A DNA stretch of 64,000 bases from Lama guanicoe (taxonomy: Eukaryota): the NCBI GenBank assembly GCA_013239625.1, contig MU053859.1, positions 1 through 64,000 of the forward strand, read 5' to 3'. A program made the position numbers and the translations under genes. The notes under the pieces were generated by a model that ran no database searches, was not told where the DNA came from, and saw nothing but the letters and a program-made list of their open reading frames with translations. This document shows, piece by piece, positions 11,201 through 22,700 of the stretch (position 1 is the first letter of the stretch; every line of letters begins with the position of its first letter).

Positions 11201-14200
11201 GATGGATGCCATCCAGGTGTTGTCACACGGCCATAAATTGTTGAAGTGAGATTTGAACCCTGGCAAGTTAGCTAGTGATGTTATGTCCTTAGTCACAATG
11301 CGTATGGTTTATATAGCTAAATGTCTTTGTTCAATGTTCTTAAGTTGTTAAATACTTTTTAGTAACTTCCCATTTGCATTCTGCCAAGAATAGCCTGGAA
11401 AAAATGAAACAAAACAAAAAAAGATTTGGCTCTTGGAATTTAGAGAGGAGGATTGGGAGGAAGTATGCACGATTTGAAGAAAGGGAGGCAGTCAATGGAA
11501 GACGTAAACAGGGCAAAGAAAGAGGGACGTGGACTCCAGGGGCACAGGGTGACGGAGAGCTTTGTTTGTATGTAAAGAAAAGCTGACTAATAGGTTTGTG
11601 GTCCAATAGCAAGGAGCTGGTAGAGGAATGACTGTGGAATGATGGTGCTCAATGTATTTTATTACAATAACTCATGTTCACCCAGAAGTTAGATTTCTGA
11701 TTATATGAGAAAATATGCAATGGCAGTAACATTCTATGTTTCCTTCCAGTTTTATTGCAATATAATTGTGTAAGTTTAAGGTGTATGGGATAATGATTTC
11801 ACTTACATGTATCATGAAATGATTGTCACAGTAAGTTTAGTGAACATTCATCCTCTCCTATAGACACAAAATTACAGAAATAGCCATCTTTTTCCTTGCG
11901 ATGAGAACTCTTAGCATTTACTCTCTTAACAACTTTCATACACAACACACTTATCACATTGTACATTACATCCCTAGTATTTATTGATCTTGTAACTGGA
12001 AGTTTGACTACCTTCGTCCAGTTACTCCTCCCCCCATCCCCACCTCTGGTAACCACACATCTGATCTCTTTTTCGATGAGTTTGTTCGTTCGTTCGTTCG
12101 TTTTTGAAGTATAATTGACCTGCAACATGTTAGTTCCCATTACACAACAGAGTGATTTGGTGTTTCTACACCTTTCAAAATGGTCACCAGGATAAGTCTA
12201 GTTAGATATGTCACCATCCAAAGACATTACGTGGTTACTGAGAATATTCCTCACTCTGTACGTTTCATACCTGTGGACTTTATTTTGCAGGTGGAAGTTT
12301 GTACCTCAATCTCAACTGTTTCTCTCCTCTCCCCATCCCTCACCCTTCTGGCAACCGCCTGTTTGTTCTCTGTATCTAAGACTCTGTTTGTGTCTTGTTA
12401 TGTTTGATAACTTGTTTTGGTTATTAGATTCCACATGTAAGTGAAATCATTCAGCAATGACATTTGTATTCTGATATCTGCTCGGAGTAGTTTCTGACTG
12501 AGTTTTCTTATTATAACAGTATTTATACCATTAAGCCCCTCTCCCCCTGGAAGATTTTTGGGCGAGGAATTGTGCACAGAACAAGATATAAGCAGTAGTT
12601 CTATGTCACCCTTAGAGAACTCATCAGCTCCTGATTTTGTCATCCAGATATAACATCCTGTCGCTTCAGAGTCTTTATCATTCACTCTGTGACTAAAGCA
12701 TACTGATGCTTTATGCATTAGAATTTGAAGGAAAGGATGTCAAATATATTTTTCTCATCAGTTTCTCATTTGAGTGCTAGAAATTACCTTGAACAGTAAT
12801 TCAAGACATTGTAGCTCAGAGAGTTCCAATGACCTGATGAAAGTCACTCTATTACTTAGAGATGTTTAAGAAGTTAAAAAGCAAAGTGAAAATCGTTCTG
12901 ATAAAACTAACCTGAACATCACTGTCTGCTTTTTGTTGCTATGGCAGCATTAGGGCATACAGATTAAGGTCTAAATCATAAAAGATGGGATGGTTGGAGT
13001 GAAAAGCATGTTCAGCAGTGGGCTCTAAAATATTAAGTAATGGAGAATTCTCTGATTTTTGTGAAAGAAATTTTTGAAGATGTGCACAGGAACTTCTATG
13101 CACTGGACTGGACTGAGCAGAGCACTGGGAGAGTCTTGGAGATGGACAGATGGCACTACATTCAATGCCTGGTGAGATTCAAATTTAGTAGGAAACGTTT
13201 TACTCTGGTGCTGGATAAAAAAATTTAAGTCATTTTGAGTTGTATTATTATAAATAAATTTTCCTATTTTCTATATGTCATTACCTCCCTCAGTTTCCAC
13301 CCTGTGACACGGGTCCTCTCACACTGAAACATATCCTAGAACAACTCACCTTCCTTCTGTGTTGTTATATGACATACAGTGAAATTTTCCTTTTTTGTTT
13401 TTGTTTTTGTTTTTGTGTCTTGTTTTTAGCACCACGCTCTTGCTAATAAACTCTCCTTTTGTTAATTCAAATACAACTATTCTGCAAATCCAAAGCCAAA
13501 CCCTATGTATTATTTGCACCTTTTTCTAACTAAATTTATGCAAATCTCTTTTTTCTTTTAAGAGTTAGAGGCCATATAGTTGTCTTTGACTTTACAGTTG
13601 CCCATTGTAAGCAATATTATTTATTAATGTAATCATTTCTTGAGTGAATGTTGTTTCCTGTCTTATACACTTTTTTACTTGAAAACAAGAGCTGTATGAA
13701 TTTTCTTTTGCATCCATGTCTTCTTTCCTTAATATTTCATTAAGTGCTAGATAAAAAATGACAATAAACTTAGAAATCTGTAAGACGGGACAAATTACAC
13801 TTATTATAAAAAAAATAAAAATTTGGTCATCAGCAGGACAAATTAACAAACTATTATAATTAGTCTATTTGGCTTCTATCTAGTATATTTCAAAAGTACC
13901 AGGTGAATATAAATGTTTCTTACTTTCAAAAAGGAACATCGGCTAAAAATACAGCAGGTAATATGCCAGGAAACAGCTTTAAAAAAATTCCATAGATCTT
14001 TATATTTAGAAACACTATTTCTCTTAATAGAAATATACATAGATAAATGTAGATATATAGACATATTTATATCTATGATTTATCCATGTCTATTTATATT
14101 TCTGCCTACTGTTCTAACAAAGTTGCAGATTATGCTAATAATTATAATAGTATTAAATACCTATGTTCTGTCTTATATTCCTTTAATGTAGCAGACATTT

Positions 14201-14453
14201 TGAGGGTAGAGTATGGTGATGGGCTCAGTGAAGTGATGAAGCTTTATGTTTTGTATAAAATGTTTCATATTACTCAGTTCTTAATCTGATTTTTGATTAC
14301 AGCTGTAGGTGTTTCCTAAACTGATTTCAATGGTTTCTTTTCAGGTTTGAAATTAGCGGGAATGGACTGTTTGCTTTCCTGAACACCGATGGAGTTTCTA
14401 GTTCCAGGGGACTTGTTGATATCAAGTGGATTTGTAGCAAACCAAGATTTTAA
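8189..14453 (+). CDS. CLEC2A: CLEC2A (KACL)-like C-type lectin gene, exons 2-5; exon 1 not identified; putative TM exon frameshifted, so possibly a pseudogene or null allele
   Basis: Spliced CTLD CPEKWIGARDKCFYFSDDTRNWTASRRFCSSQRSEFAQIDTPEDM/KFLKMCTGTSMHWTGLSRALGESWRWTDGTTFNAW/FEISGNGLFAFLNTDGVSSSRGLVDIKWICSKPRF* closely matches human KACL as recalled (DKCFYFSDDTRNWTAS, SRGFIDIKWICSKP), including absence of the second CTLD Cys pair; lies tail-to-tail with KLRF2. Confidence 0.85.
8271..8685 (+). repeat. Tandem duplication, about 208 bp x2, in CLEC2A intron
   Basis: Units 8271-8478 and 8479-8685 (aaactttttccggttc...gatcttcgac). Confidence 0.95.
10289..10464 (+). CDS. CLEC2A: CLEC2A exon: stalk and CTLD part 1
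   Basis: gttttcag acceptor, atg|gtagga donor; LFTKFSKYPQAMECPEKW...TPEDM; phase 1 to 0. Confidence 0.9.
10556..11078 (-). mobile_element. Solo LTR, ERV1-class (MER34-like), in CLEC2A intron
   Basis: TG...CA termini, near-TSD ataa/gtaa; 5' end shares tgtcacctcaaaat with the 6992 LTR. Confidence 0.7.
11745..12470 (-). mobile_element. LINE-1 3' fragments
   Basis: Typical L1 3'UTR antisense motifs ending tagattccacatgtaagtgaaatcat; boundaries approximate. Confidence 0.7.
13068..13171 (+). CDS. CLEC2A: CLEC2A exon: CTLD part 2
   Basis: tgaaag acceptor, tg|gtgaga donor; 104 nt; KFLKMCTGTSMHWTGLSR...TTFNA(W). Confidence 0.88.
14345..14453 (+). CDS. CLEC2A: CLEC2A last coding exon
   Basis: ttcttttcag acceptor; FEISGNG...KWICSKPRF, TAA at 14451-14453; AATAAA at 14452 and 14524. 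Confidence 0.9.
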
Positions 14454-16351
14454 TAAAGGAAAAAAAACTGGAAAATGAATAGAGTATTTCAAACATGAAG
14501 GAGAGGGCTAGAGTATAAACTTTAATAAATATTGGTGATTTACAATGTTGCATTGGTTTCTGGTGGACATCAGAGTTTTGCACGTATTAAACAAAGGAAC
14601 TAAAAATTGTTGAATGAATGAATGGTTATAGGTAGAACCTCATCAATTCAAGACATAACCGCAAATGACTATAACTCAATAAAAAAATTGTTAAAAGAAA
14701 GCTTGAAAAAAAAAAAAAGACACAACTGCTCACTATGAGCTCAGGTCAGGAAACTTCTGTTAAATAAGACCAAACAAAGTAGCAATGAACAATGAGATGG
14801 CCTTTACCACAAGGATGGTTATGATCAATTTAAAGGTATCAATATTGATGGGCCAGCCAAGACCTACAGCTTAAAATTCAGAGAAATATATGTGCTTTAT
14901 ATGGGTAAATATGACAAAATACTAACTCCAGTCACTTTGGTTTAAAGAAATGTTACAAAAGAATCACCTATGAACAGTCATGTATTTCAACAATATTTTA
15001 AAAATAAGGGAAAAACCACCAGGAGAAACTCTAAGTAATAGCCATAGATAAATGATCAGAATTATATATTAAAGTTACAAAGCTTAGATTGTAGACTATA
15101 AACTGGAATAATAACACTAAATGTGATTAAAACAATAGATTATTGGAAAAAAATTCAATTCCCCACGTGAGGACAAGGAGATAAGGCTTACGATGCCTCC
15201 TTGGATGTGTCACAAAATTGCAAATCTTCACGGTGTGGGGAAATTATATCAAATTGGCCCTTGTTATGTTAGCTTAAGTTTCATTTCTTCCCCACGTAAC
15301 TGTAAGCTCTGATTGCAGAAGGAAATGTGAGTGTAAGTGAATAGAGAGACATTTAGTAGACAGAGAAACTGAAGAAAAAGGGGATTATCTCGCCTACAGG
15401 GTAAAGACACAGAAGCACACAAACAAGTCCTTCTCCCGTATCTTTAGTGGAGGCTCGCATCCTAAATTACTGCAGATGGAACTTTCTGATAAATGAAAAA
15501 GGAGACTTGTGAACCTCACCCGTAAATGTTTTCACCAGTACTATATATGGGCAAATACTTGGCAAATATCAACATGCAATCAAGCATGGGCATATATTGT
15601 CTGTTCAGCATGTTGTCACCAAGAAAACTGGGAGCTATGAATTTTAAACACCATTGTATATTACAGTTTGATGTATTAACTTTTGGCTCAGTTTCAGTTT
15701 AGGTTTCACTTGACTCATAAGTTTTATTTACATTGTTGGTTCATGGTCACAAATTAATTTTAATTGCTTAGAATAATCCATACCTTGTTTTCCTTTGATT
15801 CACACATACTAGGATATAAATTCCTGGTGGCTTAGCGTGAACTACAAATGGAATTTTTGATGGAGTTAAATTACTACCTCACTGACATAGTGTTTCATTT
15901 ATTTTGAAATCTGAGAGAGTTTTAAATAAATGAGAGGAAAATAACGAACTTTACTTTGAATAGAATTGTAGTTAGAAAACTAAGGAAGTCTGACTGTTCT
16001 CAATATAATAATATTTAAATATAAACTTGATTAAAAGGGAATGAATTGTGGAATCACATTAAATACAAGATTGTATATTACTTCAAATAGACAGTTCATA
16101 CTTACAACGTCTGAGTATATTTTTTTAACCAGTTGAAGGTTTGATTTTTTTTTAATAAAAATTGAAAACAATTAACTAAGGGAAAAAGCCTACCAAGAAG
16201 GAAAAAAATTGCAGAACTATATCTCTGTACCTCATCTATTATTTCACCAAATGCACATAAAGAGTTAGAACTCAAGGAACACAACACACATAAGGAATAG
16301 GCAGGATTGGAAGATTAATGATTTTTTTAGACACTGAAGCAATAAGGAATA

Positions 16352-16426
16352 ATGTTTTGTAGTTTAAAAGTAAGTTATGTTTTGTAGTTTAAAAGTAGGT
16401 TATGTTTTGTAGTTTAAAAGTAAATT
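16352..16426. repeat. 25-bp minisatellite x3
   Basis: atgttttgtagtttaaaagta[a/g][g/a]tt repeated three times. Confidence 0.9.
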
Positions 16427-16588
16427 ATTGTATTTTCTTCCTTTGAAGTATTATATCTGGTTAGGAATACTTGAAAAAACTTTATTTGTACTAAAAAAAT
16501 TATACTCCACTAATGAAAAAAATTGGCGCTATTAACATCCATACATATTTCTTCTGGTTCTTTAAATGCACAGATTTGCTTTTGTTGT

Positions 16589-16706
16589 TCAGACAGCATC
16601 TCTCTGGCAAATGCCATTAAATTTGGAGTCACAGTCTTCAGAATACACTTGAGTTCTTGTTACGACAGCACAGTTCGTGTTACCCATTGATCCAATCACG
16701 GAAAAA
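16589..16706 (-). CDS. KLRF2: KLRF2 exon 6 (CTLD 3)
   Basis: ttctcctag acceptor; FSVIGSMGNTNCAVVTRTQVYSEDCDSKFNGICQRDAV then TGA; AATAAA on minus strand at 16486-16481. Confidence 0.92.
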
Positions 16707-19700
16707 CTAGGAGAAACAGGCCGACTACAGAACATTTATCTTAAAATAAGGACTGTATTTCTTAAAGCTTCCCCCCGCCAAACCTCTTCAAGTGTTTTTC
16801 TTCAGCAGTCAAAATGTTAGAATGAACTCTTCCCGTTCATTGCCAGTGATTGTATTTGGACAATCTTTTTGTTTTTTTTTTAATTTTTATTGAAGTGCAG
16901 TTGATTTACCATGTTAGTTTCAGGTGTACAGCAAAGTGATTCAGTTATACATAGACATACAGATATATATTTTCCTCTCAGATTCTTTTCCATTATATGT
17001 TATTACAAGAAATTGAATATAGTTCCCTGTGCTAGGCAGTAGGTCCTTGTTGTGTATCTATTTTATATATGGTAGTGTGTATCTGTGAACCGCCCACCCC
17101 TAATTTATCCCTTGCCCTCCCTTTCTCTTTGGGTAACGAGTTTTGTTTCTATGTCTGTGAGTCTGTTTTTGGTTTGTAAATAGAATTTGTATTTTTTAGA
17201 TCCCACATATAAGTGATGTACCACGATAACTGCCTTTCTCTGTCTGACTTACTGCACCAGGCTCTCTTGATTCGCCTGCCCTCCACGCCCTCCCAGAGGG
17301 ATGTCTCTCTTTGAGTAACATGGCCATAGGTGCTTTGGGCCATAACATGGCCCAAAGACTAGAAGGATCCCTGACTCTTCCTTCCATCTCAATGCACGAA
17401 TTACATGTATCAGCAAGTCCTGGGTCTCCCAGCTCCAGATTCTTTCCTAGCCCAAGCTAGATTACCTCTCCCTTACCTCGGGTCACGACTTTCTAACTAA
17501 ATTCAGTTTCAGTTTCAGTTTCAGTTCCCATCTATTCATTTTCCACAAGAAGCATAAATAATTCCCTTTAAAGGGTCAAGTAGATGTCAAAAAGAGTTTT
17601 TGGTAAAGACCGCATGGTCTGTACCATCTGCATGACAGATATTTTAAACACCAGTCAGAGTTGCAAAGCAGTAAACTAGGGATTTTTTTTTTTAACTTCA
17701 GCAGCATGATAGGGTTAAGAAAATGTGTGCACAGAATTTTTTTGGAGACAGCTATTTCCTTAATTATTATTTCTGGCTATTGCATATTGTTAAAAAAATA
17801 AAAAACAAACACTATGATAGCTATCTGTATTTAATTTTCCTTAAATAATTAAGTGCCAGCTTTTAAAATGAGATATGTTGCCATAGTAATATGGGTTTCC
17901 AAATAAAAAAAGAGCCTAGTTTTTTTTTTTTACTAATTTTTGTCAAAGATTGCCATCAAAGCAGGTCCAAAGAATGAATATTACTTCATACTTGAGTTTT
18001 ATGTTCATGAAAGATGATAATGAATGGAGAACAGAAATATCTAGGTGTAGATACATATCCAGAGTGAAAGGAACTACCACTCCATGGTCTTTGCTCCAAA
18101 CTTGCCACGTCTCAAGTGCTCTAGTGATGTGGCACGTAATGAAAATGAAAGCATGGAGAACATGTTAATGTATCTGAAACTTAAGAATTTTAAAGCCTCC
18201 TTATATGCATTACCTTATGTTGTTCACACAAGAATATGGTCACCAAACTTCATTGTTCTTTTCAAACATGTGAAGAAATTGACATCAATGAGTTTAAAAT
18301 AAATTTCTAAGGACAATACATGAAATTTATGCTTTCTGATTTCAGTCCAAGAGACGTTTTTTAATGTGACTTTTATCTTTGCATTTTGTATATAGAAAAT
18401 ATTTGCTTAATATTGTTTTAAATGAGATTTAAGTCAGCTTAACAATTTTTGCCTAATTACCATTTTTCAACAATTACTGATTTCCAGGAGCCATAATGAA
18501 CATCTTCTATCCCAACCAGTGGATGTTAAAAGTAGTAGAGAAAGCAAAGAAGAAAGGTGAAAAAGAAAGAAGAAAAAGAGAGAGAGGAAGAAAAAAAGTA
18601 GAAAAAAATTTCTCTAAAGAAAGGAGGAAAGGAAGAAAAAAAATAAAAAGACTAGAGAGCAAAGAACCTTAAATAAAAATACCTTTCAGTAAATAGAACA
18701 TCAGTATGCCACCAGCCCTCCTCCACAAAGAAGTACTTACTGTTTTTGTTCCATAAAAAGGTGCTCATTTATCCACATCCATTGTTTTCCTGGAGATATC
18801 ATATATAATCCAATCCAGCTAGGATGGCCCAATTTTAAACTCTTCTGTGTGAACTCCTATAGAGGAAATAGTGTATTCATTCATTCATTCATTTATTCAA
18901 AATTATTTTGATGGTTTCTATAGAGTAAGTCAGCGTGCCAGGCATTGATAAAATGGCAAAGAATCTTTTCGTTCAGAGTAATAGAGTTTCTTTTTTAATA
19001 AACAATGGAAATCATATTATGGGGAAGGAATGTTCAAAAGCAATGACTATAAATCACCCACACTTAGAATTGCACCTAGCAATTCATCCTTGGGCACTTA
19101 GATCCCATTTCTGATTCCTCACCAGCTCTTCTGAATTTTGAATCACTGGCAAATGTGCCTGGAGCTTTGCACAATCACGTTGACGCTCATTCCAAGTTTT
19201 AGAAAAAGTTGAAAACATGTAACATTTCCCTTGGTTCCATAGCCAGTCTTCTGGGCACACAAAATTATTTCCTGAAGGAAAAGGTAGGGGAAAAAATCAA
19301 TCAAACTACAGTTAATAGAGAAAGCGTGAATAGTATCAAATGTAATTGACTGGAAAATAGGTTTTGGACAACCTACTTTTTGTGATTAAAAGATACCTCT
19401 ATTAGCAGAGCAAGAATGAGATTAATTCATAATCTGTTTATTTCCTGGAATGGAGGCAGAGTTTTGGGCTATGGGTTGTCAAGAACAAAGCTTATGAATT
19501 CTGCCCCCAATAATTAGGGGAGACAAATAATATTTTAAAGTGTTTATTATTAACTAAAAAATTAAAAACCTGTTGTTTGAATTTCCCCACGGTCTGGTTC
19601 TGATTCCCTTTTCTTGAAGGTGTCCTTGCAACCTGCACTTCACGTCTGTGACATTACTTACTGTCACCCTTACTTACTTCATTGCATTGGTTGCATTTAT

Positions 19701-22700
19701 CCTCATGGGCTTTTAATTCACACTGCTGCCTTAGCCTTGAATAGCTTCCCTTCCTTCTTCATCCTCTAAATTATACCTGTCTTTTAATGTTCAATCATAT
19801 TTCCACCTCAAAAACAAATCCTTTAACTGGTCATAATTTCTGTCACCTCTAAAAGTCATAACACTCAGGTGTCACTTAGCAAAGGATGAATTGTCCATGA
19901 CCTAGTCACCTGTGAACGTCTCCATATCTATCTGACTGGAAGGTTCTTGAGATAAGTGTCATATTCATCTCCCTTTGATTATAGTGTCTAACTGTTGATT
20001 GTTGAATGGTTGAATTAAATACTGTTAATTAAGTTGGAGCATCACATACTTTTCATTGTTAATATTTCAGGTCTATCATCTATAAGCCTAAAATTTTGCA
20101 AAAGTTTATTTTAGGAAATTGATTTAATATGTCCAGCTAAGATGGGAAAACAAAGTAACATCAGCAGACATAACTAGAAGATTATCTTGGACTAATTTTC
20201 AATGTTTAAACATCATACACATCCTTAACTCATTAATATACTTGGTACCAAGAGTTGCCAATTGTAAGTAGATAAAATCTTGCAAAAACATCTGATGACT
20301 GAAGGTAATCGGGTTCTAATCTCAGTAGAACAAGTACACAGTCATCTGCTAGAAGGCATAAAATGACCTCAAATATACCTCCAATTTATGACTGGAAAGG
20401 GGGTATTTATTCACTATTATCAGTGAGAAGGAGCCATTTGAATGAAGTAATTCCATTTCATGGATATGGGTAGACTGGTCAGTACAGTTCTAGAGCTGCA
20501 AAACACACTGAAAGTACACCAAATAATCAGGGTAATGTGGTAAACATCAAAAAATGATGCAAAATGTGAACACTAATTGTCTAAAAGAGTTATTATAGTT
20601 AATTCAGCTTCAAGTGCCATGTTCCCTATTAAGAAGAAATATCATGGGGATGAGGATGGAGAAAAACATTTACTGAGCAACATTTTGTATCAATTCCTGT
20701 CTCAGATGCTTTGCATGTTAATAACAACTAACCCAAATTGCCATTATTGTGGACCAAGCAGGTTTCTAAGCACCTAACATATATTTATTTTTTCAAACAA
20801 CTTTATAAAATAGAGAAGTATGTTAAATGACATCATGGACATATAAAAAAGATGAATCTAGGCTATGAGAAATTATATAGAACCATGATCCATTTTTTTC
20901 CCATCAAATAGATGTCTAAGAAAAAATAAAAGGCAATAAAAAGGATGTACAGATTAAGAGACTCCAGAGACATTTTAACTTTGTTCTGCCCCCGATTTCT
21001 AACAAGTCAAGTGTGGGATAATGGTGATGATATTAAGAGGTTATTGTCAATTTTTTTTTTTTAGGAATTGTGGTAAATGAAATTCTAAAATGGCCCGAAG
21101 ACTACTGTCCTGTGTGATTTGCTTCTCTTCAGTGTGAACTGAACTTCAGAAAATGATGGTCTGTTACTCCTATGATTGTTGTATTATATGACAAAACAAA
21201 GTGATTCTGAAGACTAAAGAAACATCCCCAATCCCGTGATTTTGAGTTAATGAAAAGACAGAGATTATCCCAAGTAAGCCTGACTGAATCAGGTACAAGT
21301 CCTTTAGAAGGGAACTGGGCCTTTTCTGAAGAGAGAGAGAAGTCCTATTGTCTTTGGGGAATTAAACTTCCCCGTCTTGAGAGGATGTACAAGAATAACT
21401 CATTGGCAAGGAAATGCAGGGTGCCTCTAGGCACTTAGAGCAGCCCTGTGTGAGAGCCAGCAGGAAAGCTGTGCTCTCAGTCCTCCGGCCACACGTACCT
21501 GAATTGCACTAACGACCACACGAGCTTGCAAGAACCTCAGGTCCAGAAAGGTTCACGGTCTGGCCAACAACTAAACTGTATCCTGTGGGATCCTGAATAG
21601 ATAATTGAGTTAAGCTCTGTCCGGACTCCCAACCCAGGGAAACTCTGAGGCAATAAATTGTGGGTATGAACTATTAAGTGTGTGGCAATTTGTTATACAT
21701 CAAGAGAAAACTAGCACAGGAGTTACAGTGATATTGTGATTATGTTAAGCAAAAGGATCCCTTGAATATAAAAATCACAGACTGAAATATTTAAGTATTA
21801 AGTGGCATGATGGCTGGTAATAGCTTTAATATAATCTAGTTTGGGGGAGCTATGATGGTGGAGATACAGACGAAATCATGTTTAGTATATAATTGATAAT
21901 TGATGCTATTGAAAGGTACATGGAGATTTATTACATAATTCTCTCCTCTGTTATATTTTTCATGATAAAAATCTAAGAATATAATAAAACAAAATATTAT
22001 GAAGTAGACATTATCATCTCCCTCAATTTACAGATGAAAAAAGTGAGCCTATCCAACTCTCCCAAAGTCATATAACAGATAAATATCAGAGCTGAAATTC
22101 CAATCCAGTTAGTTTGGCTTCGTGGCCCATGTTTTAATCAATGAATCATACCACCTCCACTCTATTGTAATTGATGTTAGTGAGACAGAGTTCATCAGAG
22201 AAATAGAACAATTTATATGTTTGTGTGTGTGTGTGTGTGTGTATGTTTATAAAGAGAAAGAATGAGAGGAGAGAGAAAGAGATTTTATGAAACTGGTTCA
22301 TACCATTATTAAGGCTGACAAGTCCAAAATGTTCAGGCTGACAAGCTAGAGACTCAGGGAAGAGCTGATGTTGCAGCTTGAGTCTGAAGGCACTCTAGAG
22401 GCTGGATTTCCTCTTTCTTGAAGCCCTCCAGTATTTTTTCTCATAAGACCTTCAACGGATTGGATGGGGCCCACCTACATATGGAAGGTAACTTGCTGTA
22501 CTCAAAATCTACTAACTTAAATTCTAATCCTACCTAAAAGGAGCATTCACAGCAACATCTAAACTAGTGTTTGATCAAATATCTGGGTGCTATGCACTGC
22601 CCAGCCAAGTTCACACACAAAATTAACAGTTGGTTCAATCTTCACTAAATATTCTACGATGTAGTTATTACACTCCCATTTGAAAGTTTAATTTTCCTAA

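Noticed and set aside
13040..13228. ORF-track frame suggesting a frameshift in CLEC2A exon 4
   Set aside because: The true exon uses the acceptor ending at 13067 and a different, open frame
16352..16426. 25-bp direct repeats as a CRISPR-like array
   Set aside because: No spacers; contiguous minisatellite in mammalian DNA
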